Origin: a virus
Taxonomy: Duplodnaviria; Caudoviricetes
Virus record (IMG/VR): IMGVR_UViG_2898597404_000001
Location: 1 to 64,000 of that record
Strand: one strand, 5' to 3'
DNA length: 64,000 bases
The position numbers were made by a program, and so were the translations under genes. Below, in pieces: positions 1-8,319 of the stretch. A model generated the notes under the pieces. That model had not been told where the DNA came from. It did not search any database and was given only the letters and a program-made list of their open reading frames with translations. The stretch's first letter is position 1. Every line of letters begins with the position of its first letter.

Positions 1-277
1 CCGATTTCTCCTAGAGAGTCGACGCTTGGTCGGGAGGTTCAAGCTGTGAAGTAACTATATTTTGTGAAGAGTCGCTAGCGTGCCTGAATCTGGAGATTGG
101 CGGCAGTGAGTCGTTCCAACGGCTGCCACTTCTTCGAAGTGCGGCGCCACCGAGGCCGGAGATCGCAGGGGTGGGACTCGTGATCCATCTGTGGCGGCAC
201 ATGGTACGCCCGTGTGTTGGTGAGGGACGGTCCGTGTGGGGCTGGGTTCGCGGACGGATGGCGGACAAAAGATCTTG

Positions 278-308
278 AGGCCGGTCTCCGTGAGGGAGAA
301 CCGGCCTC
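278..308 (-). terminator. Hairpin downstream of the tRNA fragment
   Basis: GAGGCCGGT..CTCC/GGAG..ACCGGCCTC inverted repeat. Confidence 0.5.
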
Positions 309-324
309 TGACCTGCACCTTTGT

Positions 325-367
325 GTCGGGGTGGCGGGATTTGAACCCACGACCTCTTCGTCCCGAA
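325..367 (-). other. att core/attR: 3' half of tRNA-Pro(CGG)
   Basis: Reverse complement TTCGGGACGAAGAGGTCGTGGGTTCAAATCCCGCCACCCCGAC = anticodon loop, T-arm and acceptor 3' strand; 5' half absent; TGACCTGC-like arm motifs near 309, 408 and 451. Confidence 0.88.
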
Positions 368-607
368 GTCTGTCCCTGTGCGTTGGAGTTCCGAACCGGA
401 GCCTATATGACCTGCGGGTACGCGTGACGACAGGTAGGTACACGTCACGACAGGTCATGACCAGCACACGTGGACACACGCTGATGCGTGGCGACACACA
501 CCAATACCTAGATCATCTCCCGCCCGTCTCCCACCGGTCGGGCGAATCGGTGCAGGTCGCCCGGCCCGTCCCGGCCGCCGGGAGTGGGCGGCGGCAACGT
601 TTGCCGT

Positions 608-645
608 TTGACAACTATCCCTAATTCATGCCAAAATAAGGGACA
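608..645 (+). promoter_or_regulatory. Phage promoter/operator copy 1
   Basis: TTGACA-N18-CAAAAT followed by AGGGACA. Confidence 0.7.
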
Positions 646-667
646 GTAGGCGAGTTGGGAGGGACGC

Positions 668-829
668 ATGAGCGAGCGCGAGACCGGCGGCTGGATCAGG
701 TTCCGCCTCAAGGGCGAGGACAGGATCCGGGAGGGCGTCATCCGGCGGAAGCTGAACGACGGCTCCTACGCCGTCGACACGGACGACGCACACCTGTGCG
801 TCTGGCCCGAGCAGGTCCTGGACGACTGA
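668..829 (+). CDS. 53-aa hypothetical protein (not in ORF track)
   Basis: MSERETGGWIRFRLKGEDRIREGVIRRKLNDGSYAVDTDDAHLCVWPEQVLDD; RBS GGGAGG; directly after promoter. Confidence 0.7.
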   Translation: MSERETGGWIRFRLKGEDRIREGVIRRKLNDGSYAVDTDDAHLCVWPEQVLDD

Positions 830-845
830 CCACCGAGGAGGAGAC

Positions 846-1049
846 ATGGCCCGCACCAACGCGAAGGTCCACGACATCGACTGCGACGACGACTGCTGCG
901 CGGGCAGCCACGCCGACGCCGTCCGGAGCAAGGTCGACGGCCTGTACGCCGAGGCCGACGACCCCCGCACCTCCCCCGCCCGTGCGCGGGAGCTGGCCGG
1001 GAAGGCGCACCGGCTCCTCGCGACGATCGAGCCCGCGCCCGGCCCCTGA
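846..1049 (+). CDS. Hypothetical protein
   Basis: RBS GAGGAG, phage-like codon usage. Confidence 0.7.
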   Translation: MARTNAKVHDIDCDDDCCAGSHADAVRSKVDGLYAEADDPRTSPARARELAGKAHRLLATIEPAPGP

Positions 1050-1062
1050 CCCTGAACGCGAA

Positions 1063-1093
1063 AGAGAGCGCTCCCGTACCGGGGGCGCTCTCT
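1063..1093. terminator. Terminator hairpin between convergent units
   Basis: AGAGAGCGCTCCC-loop-GGGGGCGCTCTCT. Confidence 0.6.
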
Positions 1094-1103
1094 GCGTCTG
1101 GTG

Positions 1104-1195
1104 GTGCGGGTACGTAGCCCCCGCTCGGGGCGTGACGGTCCGGGCGGCGAGGAAGGCCCAGTTACCAGTCGCAGGTACGAGGCCCCTGCTCGGGC
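1104..1195 (-). repeat. Two copies of the 28-nt structured repeat downstream of the integrase
   Basis: Reverse complement of 1168-1195 = GCCCGAGCAGGGGCCTCGTACCTGCGAC; degenerate copy at 1104-1131. Confidence 0.8.
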
Positions 1196-1208
1196 GTGGC
1201 CTGGAGGA

Positions 1209-2858
1209 TCAGGCGGTGGCGGTGCGCAGCCGCGGCTTGCGCTGGCCGGCCTGGAGCAGCTCGTCGAGGACGGCGACCGGCGAGTGCGGGTCTCGTCCTG
1301 CCGCTCGGTCGAGGTCGGCCCGCTGCGCGAGGGCGGTCTCCCAGCGCTTCTGTAGGGCGTCGCGGAGCTCGGACCGCATGAGCGGTGAGACGTGGCTGTA
1401 GACGGCCTTGATCCCTTGCATGACGTGTCCCATGCGCTCGTGGCGGAGGACGTCCGGGATGCGGTCCTCCTGCATCCAGACCTCGTGCGCGTGGCGGCAG
1501 CGGTGCGGGGTCAGTCCGGTCCTGAGCGGCAGCCACGACGCGAGGGCCGGCCCTTCCGCTCCCTCCGTGACCGATGCCCGGTCCACACGGGGCGTGTGCG
1601 GGACCGTGGCCGCGCCGCTCCGTGAGGTGCAGGGTGTTCCGGTTGGGGCGAGGCACGTCTTCTTTGGGCAGGACACCGCGAGCGCATCCGGGGCGTCGTG
1701 GCGGGTGAGGCCGCGGCCGCGCGGGGGGCTCCACTCCGGGCCCTGCGCGTACGGCCAGGCCGGGCGCAGTGGACGGCCCGTGTTCGCGTCGACGAGGACG
1801 GGCCTTGCGGGGCGCGGGTCCTTCCCTCCCTCCTCCGGGTACACGCCGTCGATGGCCGGGTGCCAGTACCAGGTCCCGAAGTTCGAGCGGCTGTGGTGCG
1901 CGGGGGGGGCGAACTGGTGCCCGTCGTTCGTCACCCTCCCGGCCGTGAGGAAGAGGTAGCGGCCGCTGCCGCCGCAGTCGTCCCGGCAGGAGCAGGTGCC
2001 GGTGGCGCGGTTCTGCATCTGGCGGGACAGCAGGTCGGTCAGGAAGGGCGGCTTGTCGATGCGGCGGGCCGAGTCGTCCTTGGGGGGCACCTTGAGGAAC
2101 TGCCCCCGGTACTCCCGGAGCTGCCAGTCGAGGTCGATGCGGTCCAGGTGGTGGACGTCCTCGTTCTCCAGGCCGAGGGCCTCGCCCCACCGCATCCCGG
2201 TCCAGGCGAGCGTCACGATGTGGATGAACTCGTCGTCCCGGCCGGACATGATCGCGCACCGCTCGGCGACGAGGAGGGCGCCGAGCGGATCGAACCACGA
2301 CTTCTGCGAGCTGCGCGCGCTGCGCTGGTTGCGGTGCCGCTTGCGGCCGCGGCCGCGGCGCTTCTCCGCGACGTTCACGCCCGCGTAGCCCGCAGCCATG
2401 GCATCGCCGAGGATCGTGGAGAGCAGGTCCCGCGCGTCCGATGCCGTCCGTTGGGAGTAGGTGCCGCGCCCCTGGAGCTTCGGCGTCCTGCGGATGCGCT
2501 TCTCCCAGGCCTCGATCTCCTCCCGCCTGTGCAGGCTGTTCAGGGGGCGCTCGCCGAAGGCGGGGATGATGTGCTGGTCGATCAGGTAGCGGTACCTGCC
2601 CTCTGTCGTGTCCTCCAGGTCCTGGGCGGGGAGCCACTGGCCGCACCAGTCGGCGACGGTGATCTCCCCTCGGGCCGGGTCGAACCATGCCGGCCCGGCC
2701 CGGCGGATCTCGGCCTCCTTGTCGTTCCCGTATTGGAGCGCGTCTTGCTTCCGTTCGAACGGTCTTCCCGAGTCGTCGGTCGTCGCTGAGGCCCAGGTGC
2801 CGTCGGGTCTCTTGTAGCGGCTGCGCCAGGTCGGTCCGCGCTTCTCGGCGTACGCCAT
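1209..2858 (-). CDS. int: Tyrosine recombinase (phage integrase)
   Basis: TGMRWGEALGL, TPHRCRH and RMGH...VYSH catalytic motifs; N-terminal arm-binding segment. Confidence 0.93.
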   Translation of the reverse strand: MAYAEKRGPTWRSRYKRPDGTWASATTDDSGRPFERKQDALQYGNDKEAEIRRAGPAWFDPARGEITVADWCGQWLPAQDLEDTTEGRYRYLIDQHIIPAFGERPLNSLHRREEIEAWEKRIRRTPKLQGRGTYSQRTASDARDLLSTILGDAMAAGYAGVNVAEKRRGRGRKRHRNQRSARSSQKSWFDPLGALLVAERCAIMSGRDDEFIHIVTLAWTGMRWGEALGLENEDVHHLDRIDLDWQLREYRGQFLKVPPKDDSARRIDKPPFLTDLLSRQMQNRATGTCSCRDDCGGSGRYLFLTAGRVTNDGHQFAPPAHHSRSNFGTWYWHPAIDGVYPEEGGKDPRPARPVLVDANTGRPLRPAWPYAQGPEWSPPRGRGLTRHDAPDALAVSCPKKTCLAPTGTPCTSRSGAATVPHTPRVDRASVTEGAEGPALASWLPLRTGLTPHRCRHAHEVWMQEDRIPDVLRHERMGHVMQGIKAVYSHVSPLMRSELRDALQKRWETALAQRADLDRAAGRDPHSPVAVLDELLQAGQRKPRLRTATA

Positions 2859-2959
2859 GGGGGGTGGCTCCTTGCGAGGTCAGGAGGTGGGAGGGCGCGT
2901 GCGCGCCCTGGTTTCTCCAGCATGTTGGCCGGTGGGCATGCCCTGGGGGTGGCGAATGC

Positions 2960-4012
2960 TCAAGGCTCGGGATGTCCGGGGGGACGCCGGGACGTCCTGG
3001 GCGGCTTCTCCGTGCTGCCGCTGTCCGGTTGGTCTGTGGCGTCGGCCCGCTGGACGGTTGCGGGTGCCGGCCCGGTGGTGGGGGCGGGGGTCGGTGTGGT
3101 GGGAGGCGTGGGCTGGGCGGGTGGCGTCGGGGTGGTGCTCGCCGGGTCCGGTTGGGCGGGGCTCGCCGTCGGTGGTGTGGTGCTGGCGGTGGGCGGCTTC
3201 GTGGTGGCGGGGGCTGTCCGGGCGGGGTGCGGCGTCCGGGTCCTGGTGGGGGACGGCTTGGGGGTGGAGCTGCGGGAGGTGGCCTTCGGGTCGGGTGCAT
3301 GGCTGGTGGGTGCGCTCATGGCGGTGGTGCTCGGCGGGTCCTGTGTCGGGTGGGCGGCCTGCGAGGGGTGCAGGGCGATGACGGTCGCGGCTGAGGCGGT
3401 GACGGCGGCTGTGCTGGTGACGGCGGCGGCGGGGACGAGGGCGCTCGGCAGGGCGATCTCGGCCTCGCGGATCGCGAGGAGCAGCATCCCGGCGAGCAGG
3501 CTCCAGATCGTGGTGCCGCGGTGGCGTGACCGGTAGGAGCGGCGGGCCAGGTCTCGCACGTGGCGGGCCCGCATGCCCTTGAGGTTCGAGGAGATCACGG
3601 CGTCCGTGCTGAACACGACGCCGAGGAGGCGGGGCGGGAGGTCCTCGCTGCGGAAGACGGTGGGGCGGCGGTCGTCGGAGGCCTGGGTGGTGCGGGCGGT
3701 GAGCCACTGGTAGATGGCGGTCTCCGCGGCCTGGTCGGGCTTGCCGCCCTGGAGGATGCACAGCGCGGGCGGTTGGTCCGAGGAGACGGTGAGCCATGCG
3801 GCGCGCTCGCGGACGGGGCTGGTCGTGGACATGGCGGACCGGAGGGCGGCGGTGAAGTCTTCGGGTGGGGGGATGTCCGCCTGCGGGCGTCCGGACAGGG
3901 TCCTCACGAGGAGACGGAGGCGGGAGATCTCCTGGTCGCGCTCGTCGAGCGTCTCCTTGAGGACCTCGATCCGGCGGTCTGCGATGGCCCTGTTCACGGC
4001 GCGGCCCCCCAT
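2960..4012 (-). CDS. Membrane protein with Pro/Thr-rich C-terminal tail
   Basis: Hydrophobic segments followed by a long P/T-rich region; start may extend to 4114. Confidence 0.65.
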   Translation of the reverse strand: MGGRAVNRAIADRRIEVLKETLDERDQEISRLRLLVRTLSGRPQADIPPPEDFTAALRSAMSTTSPVRERAAWLTVSSDQPPALCILQGGKPDQAAETAIYQWLTARTTQASDDRRPTVFRSEDLPPRLLGVVFSTDAVISSNLKGMRARHVRDLARRSYRSRHRGTTIWSLLAGMLLLAIREAEIALPSALVPAAAVTSTAAVTASAATVIALHPSQAAHPTQDPPSTTAMSAPTSHAPDPKATSRSSTPKPSPTRTRTPHPARTAPATTKPPTASTTPPTASPAQPDPASTTPTPPAQPTPPTTPTPAPTTGPAPATVQRADATDQPDSGSTEKPPRTSRRPPGHPEP

Positions 4013-4168
4013 GGTTGAGATCGTGATGCCGGCGCGGGTGTCTGCACCCGGTCGCCTTGCGGTCACTTTCGGTGATAGCTGTCGATAATGGCCCCTGAAC
4101 CACGGAATACGCAAGATGCGTATTCTGTGTGTCAGGAGTGCCGCTGAAACGAGAGGGGCCCGAGGCCC

Positions 4169-5029
4169 GTGACCGACTACAGTCCGACCGTCCGGCAGCG
4201 CAGGCTCGCGCGTGTGCTCCGGGATCTGAGGGACGAGCGGGAACGCACGGCTTCGGACGTGACGCGGGAGCTCGGCTGGTCGGTCACGAAGCTGACCCGG
4301 CTGGAGGCCGGCCAGATGTCGAAGCCGCAGCTCGGCGAGGTCGGCAAGCTACTGGACCTCTACGGCGTGGTCGGCGATGAGCGGGAGAAGATCCTCGATC
4401 TCGTCCGGCAGGCCCGGGTGAGGGGCTGGTGGCACGGCTACTCGGACAGCATGCCCACCGGGTACGCGACCTACGTCGGGCTGGAAGCGGAGGCCACCGG
4501 TGTCTGGAACTACGAGCCGTCGACGCTCCCCGGCCTGCTCCAGACACCGGACTATTCCCGTGCCCTGATGACCGCGCGAGGGGCGGGTCTGAGCGAGGAG
4601 CAGATCAGGGCGCGGGTGGAGCTGAGGCAGCAGCGGCAGCGGCGGCTGTCCGAAGGGCTGAGGCTGTGGGCGATCCTGCCGCAGGAGGCGTTGGCTCGCT
4701 GCGTCGGCGGGCCCGCCGTCATGCTCCGGCAGGTGGAGCACCTGCTGGAGGTGGGGCGGCTGGAGAACGTCACCCTGCAGGTCGTGCCGCTGGACATCGG
4801 GGCGGTCCCGGCGTCGGGGCCCTTCGCGGTGCTGCGGTTCGAGCACGATCTCGATCCAGAGGTCGTCTACTGCGAGACGCCGGGGGGCGGCCTCTGGGTC
4901 GAGACGGCCGATGAGGTGGCGTCCTTCATGCTCGACTTCCAGCGGTTGATCGCGGTCTCGGCGTCGAGTGCCGATACGTTGAACGTTCTCGCGAAGCGTG
5001 CGGACGAGCTGGGGGGCGGTGCGGGATGA
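4169..5029 (+). CDS. Xre HTH + DUF5753 regulator (WhiJ/Scr1-like)
   Basis: RQRRLARVLRDLR, RGWW..Y, YVGLEAEA and PGLLQTPDY motifs. Confidence 0.92.
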   Translation: MTDYSPTVRQRRLARVLRDLRDERERTASDVTRELGWSVTKLTRLEAGQMSKPQLGEVGKLLDLYGVVGDEREKILDLVRQARVRGWWHGYSDSMPTGYATYVGLEAEATGVWNYEPSTLPGLLQTPDYSRALMTARGAGLSEEQIRARVELRQQRQRRLSEGLRLWAILPQEALARCVGGPAVMLRQVEHLLEVGRLENVTLQVVPLDIGAVPASGPFAVLRFEHDLDPEVVYCETPGGGLWVETADEVASFMLDFQRLIAVSASSADTLNVLAKRADELGGGAG

Positions 5030-5223
5030 GCGCGGATCTCGTGTGGCGGAAGAGTGCGCGGTCGGATGTCAACGGGCAGTGCGTCGAGGTGGCGGCGTCC
5101 GGCGGGGGGATGCTGATCCGCGACTCGCGCGACCCGGGGGGCGGGCGGCTGGGCGTGGGGGCGGCCGGGTGGGCGGCGCTTCTGGCGGACGTGCGGGCCG
5201 GGAGGTACGACGCGCTCCGTTAG
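5026..5223 (+). CDS. DUF397 protein
   Basis: WRKS.RS...GQCVEVA...IRDSRDP. Confidence 0.93.
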   Translation: MSADLVWRKSARSDVNGQCVEVAASGGGMLIRDSRDPGGGRLGVGAAGWAALLADVRAGRYDALR

Positions 5224-5229
5224 GGTCCG

Positions 5230-5997
5230 CTAGGGCTTGCGCCCGACGCCGCCGATCAGGCGCTGGGTGCCGATCTCCGCCGGTTGGTCCGCCCGCCAGC
5301 GCTGCACGTCGGTCAGGCCGTCGACGAGTTCGAGGCCGTCGAACGCCTTGCGGATCACGGGGATCGGCCGCGGCCAGAAGTGACCTTTGAACGCCTGGCG
5401 GACGCGCTCGAGGAACTCGGGCGGCGAGTCCTCGTCGGTGACGTGGGCGACCGCGAGGTAGGAGCCCGGGGCCAGCCGCCGCATCAGGGGCTTGGTCAGC
5501 GTGGCCGGCTCCTGCTCCACGTAGTGCAGGACCGAGGCCAGGAGGACGCCGATGGGCCGCGCCATGTCGAGGTGCTCGGCAGCCTCGTCGAGGATGGGCT
5601 CGGGGTCGCGGACGTCCGCCTGGATGTAGTGGGTGTGGGAGCCGCCGCCGAGGATCGCGCGGCCGTGGGCCAGGACGATGGGGTCGTTGTCGACGTAGAC
5701 GACGCGGGCGTCCGGGATCGAGCGCTGGGCGACCTGGTGGACGTTCGGGGCGGTGGGCAGGCCCGAGCCGATGTCGAGGAACTGGTCGACGCCCTGGCTG
5801 GCGAGGTACTCCACGACCCGGACCATCCACGCTCTGTTCTGGCGGGCGTTCTCGACCAGGTCAGGCCATCGCGAGAGGTACTCCATCGCGTGCTGCCGGT
5901 CTACGGCGAAGTTGTCCTTGCCGCCGAGGAAGTAGTCGTAGACCCGGGCGGGGGAAGGTTCGTTGACGTTCACCTTGTCTGGAATGTGCCTCGCCAT
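5230..5997 (-). CDS. Actinobacterial SAM-dependent methyltransferase (Methyltransf_19-like)
   Basis: PSPARVYDYFLGGKDNF, QFLDIGSGLPT, VVYVDNDPIV. Confidence 0.92.
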   Translation of the reverse strand: MARHIPDKVNVNEPSPARVYDYFLGGKDNFAVDRQHAMEYLSRWPDLVENARQNRAWMVRVVEYLASQGVDQFLDIGSGLPTAPNVHQVAQRSIPDARVVYVDNDPIVLAHGRAILGGGSHTHYIQADVRDPEPILDEAAEHLDMARPIGVLLASVLHYVEQEPATLTKPLMRRLAPGSYLAVAHVTDEDSPPEFLERVRQAFKGHFWPRPIPVIRKAFDGLELVDGLTDVQRWRADQPAEIGTQRLIGGVGRKP

Positions 5998-6063
5998 GCG
6001 TGGATGCTCGCATGGCGGGTGGATCAAGGTATAGATCAGTGGCCGGGTGCGGACACAACGTGT

Positions 6064-6468
6064 TCAGGCGGACGCGGAGTGTTCCTGGCCAGGGGGTGTC
6101 TGCTCGGCGAGGGCGTCGCGGTAGGTGGTGAGGCTGCGGATGGCTATCTCGCGCTCCTCTTCGCTGAGGTCGGGGATGTCCCAGATCGCTCGGAGGCCGG
6201 GGTCGTCGCCGACGAAGTCGGGGTAGGCGGGGGGCGCGAGGATCGCGCTGAGGGTGCCGTCCTCCAGTTGTAGGACCTTCTCCAGTCGACGGATCGTCCG
6301 CGGCTGGATGGTGCCCCAGCGGCGGCCGTTCTCCAGCTCGCTCAGGACCTTCACGCTGGGGCCGCCTGCGGCCTTCAGGTCTGCCTGGCCCAGGTCCAGG
6401 TCGATGCGTCGATCCTTGATGATCTTTCCCGCCCGCAGGTGGGCCGCGGGGGGTGGTGCCGTCTCCAA
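6064..6468 (-). CDS. Xre-family HTH, candidate immunity repressor
   Basis: IIKDRRIDLDLGQADL..GGPSVKVLSELENGR; divergent from the early operon. Confidence 0.75.
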   Translation of the reverse strand: METAPPPAAHLRAGKIIKDRRIDLDLGQADLKAAGGPSVKVLSELENGRRWGTIQPRTIRRLEKVLQLEDGTLSAILAPPAYPDFVGDDPGLRAIWDIPDLSEEEREIAIRSLTTYRDALAEQTPPGQEHSASA

Positions 6469-6535
6469 GAGGGTGCCCTTCTAGTGGTGGCGCCCTCTGA
6501 TGATGCCCGACCGGGGGGATGGGGGTCTACGTACG

Positions 6536-6700
6536 GCGCGTATCCGCGCGTATCGGCGCGTATTGACATGTTGCCAACGGGGCCGAACGGGACCGAAGTG
6601 CGTCCGCGCGTGGCCTGGACTCTGGGGAGGTCATAGCGCGTACTCACTGGTATCTACTGGTCATTACTTGTACTTACTAGTCATGGCTAGTACTATTCCT
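6536..6700. promoter_or_regulatory. Lysis-lysogeny switch region with 10-bp-phased direct repeats
   Basis: GCGCGTAT x3 (6536, 6546, 6556); TTGACA at 6563; ACT(G/T/A)GT-type repeats x5 at 6645-6694. Confidence 0.65.
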
Positions 6701-6702
6701 AT

Positions 6703-6957
6703 ATGCATAGCAACGAGGAAGAACTTCCGGAAGGGGGTAGCCCGACCTCTGAGGAGGCCCTGATTCCGCCGGAGGACGTGGCGCGTCTCTTCAACAAATC
6801 GACTCGCTGGCTCAAGGACCAGGCGCGCCGGGGCAGGATCCCGCACCGCCGGGTCGGCCGGAGCTACGCGTTCGCCGCCGAGGACATCGCGGCGATGCGC
6901 GAGCAGTTCGGGCGGCCGGTGGGGAGCGGCGCCGGGTCGCGCAGAGGCCGGGCATGA
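6703..6957 (+). CDS. Excisionase/MerR-like HTH (Cro-position gene)
   Basis: LIPPEDVARLFNKSTRWLKDQARRGRIPHRRVGRSYAF. Confidence 0.8.
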   Translation: MHSNEEELPEGGSPTSEEALIPPEDVARLFNKSTRWLKDQARRGRIPHRRVGRSYAFAAEDIAAMREQFGRPVGSGAGSRRGRA

Positions 6958-7199
6958 CCTCCCCCGCGTGCGAGGACGACTGTCCGCACACGCACAGCCC
7001 CGCCGACGCGGCGCAGCGGCTCGGGGTCTCCGAGTCGACGCTGCGCCAGCAGGCCGCCCGCCGCACGGTCCCGTCGACTCTGATCGGCGGTCGGCTCTCG
7101 TTCTCCGACGCGGACCTCGCAGAGATCATCGCGGCCGGCCAGCGCACGGTCCTGCCCGCCCGCACCGCCCGCAGCAGTCCACGTCGGCGCACCCGCTGA
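6954..7199 (+). CDS. Excisionase-like HTH protein
   Basis: SPADAAQRLGVSESTLRQQAARRTVPSTLIGGRLSFS. Confidence 0.8.
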   Translation: MTSPACEDDCPHTHSPADAAQRLGVSESTLRQQAARRTVPSTLIGGRLSFSDADLAEIIAAGQRTVLPARTARSSPRRRTR

Positions 7200-7223
7200 C
7201 CACCCCCCGAAAGGAGGCTCTCC

Positions 7224-7490
7224 ATGGCCGCCGCACGCGCCTCACGCCCCGGCGAGGTCACAGCGAGCGAGCTGGGTCCGGGCTTCGTGATCCGGCGGCA
7301 TGGCAGCGAGCTGGAGATCAAGCTCGCCATCCCGTGGGCCGCCCGCAGCCGAGGCGGCCCCGGAGTGTTCGTCATCTGGCGCGTCCTGGGCTCGGAGCCC
7401 GACGTGCTCTACGGGGACGGCGTGTTCGCTCGCGACATGCCGTTCCGCCTCATCCGGCGGCCGATCGCCGGAGCCACTGAACAGGAGTAG
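7224..7490 (+). CDS. Hypothetical protein
   Basis: RBS AAGGAGG, operon context. Confidence 0.65.
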   Translation: MAAARASRPGEVTASELGPGFVIRRHGSELEIKLAIPWAARSRGGPGVFVIWRVLGSEPDVLYGDGVFARDMPFRLIRRPIAGATEQE

Positions 7491-7494
7491 ATCA

Positions 7495-7686
7495 ATGTCC
7501 CGACAGCCCATCAACGCGGACGAGCTGCTGACCCCGGCCGAGGTCGCGACGATGTTCCGCGTCGACCCGAAGACCGTGACCCGCTGGGCCAAGGCCGGCA
7601 AGCTCACCTCGATCCGGACGCTGGGCGGCCACCGCCGCTACCGCAAGGACGAGGTCGTCGCGCTGCTGCAGGGCCCGGCCCGGTGA
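7495..7686 (+). CDS. bldC: BldC-family developmental regulator
   Basis: LLTPAEVATMFRVDPKTVTRWAKAGKLTSIRTLGGHRRYR matches the BldC core; RBS AGGAG before ATG 7495. Confidence 0.9.
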   Translation: MSRQPINADELLTPAEVATMFRVDPKTVTRWAKAGKLTSIRTLGGHRRYRKDEVVALLQGPAR

Positions 7687-8216
7687 TCAGCCTCCTCGGC
7701 ACGGAGCTGCCCGGCCAGGTGATCGGCCAGGACGCCGAGTTCTACGCCGTGCGGTACCACCAGCCCGGGGTCGGCGTCAGCCTGGACGTCTGCGGCTCCG
7801 AGGACCAGCTCCCGAAGGCACTGCGGGAGTACCTGGCGGACGGTGCCGAGGCCGAGCCGGTCAGGGTCATCGTCCGCGTCGACGGCGACCTCAAGCACCG
7901 GGTCTTCGTGCGGCACGTCCGCGAGCGCATCGCCGAGATCGCCACCGAATGCTCGACCGGGAGGGTCAGCTACCGGCTGGCGCTGGCCCGGCTGGGCCGC
8001 GTCACGCGGCACCTCGGGGAACTCGACCGGTCGGACAAGTTCGTCGAGCTGCTCGACGAGATGGCCCGCCGAGACGAGCTGCTGCGCCCCGCCAAGGGGC
8101 GCTGGGCGGACAACCCCGGCGAGAGCCGCCGAAAGCTCCTGGAGGCCGCCGAGGCGCGCATCCAGGAGGCGATCGACGCCCTCGCCGGAGGACCGAGCAC
8201 GGTCATCGAGCCCTAG
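7683..8216 (+). CDS. Hypothetical protein
   Basis: GTGA overlap with upstream gene. Confidence 0.7.
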   Translation: MISLLGTELPGQVIGQDAEFYAVRYHQPGVGVSLDVCGSEDQLPKALREYLADGAEAEPVRVIVRVDGDLKHRVFVRHVRERIAEIATECSTGRVSYRLALARLGRVTRHLGELDRSDKFVELLDEMARRDELLRPAKGRWADNPGESRRKLLEAAEARIQEAIDALAGGPSTVIEP

Positions 8217-8319
8217 CAGGGCTCCGGCGCGAGGACGGCAGGGCCGCGGACTTGGCGGTTACGGCCCTGTCGTCCCTGCCTCCACACACACACGAACACC
8301 GTACCGAAGGAATCACTGA

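Noticed and set aside
325-400. Intact tRNA-Pro gene
   Set aside because: D-arm and 5' acceptor strand are missing; treated as an att remnant
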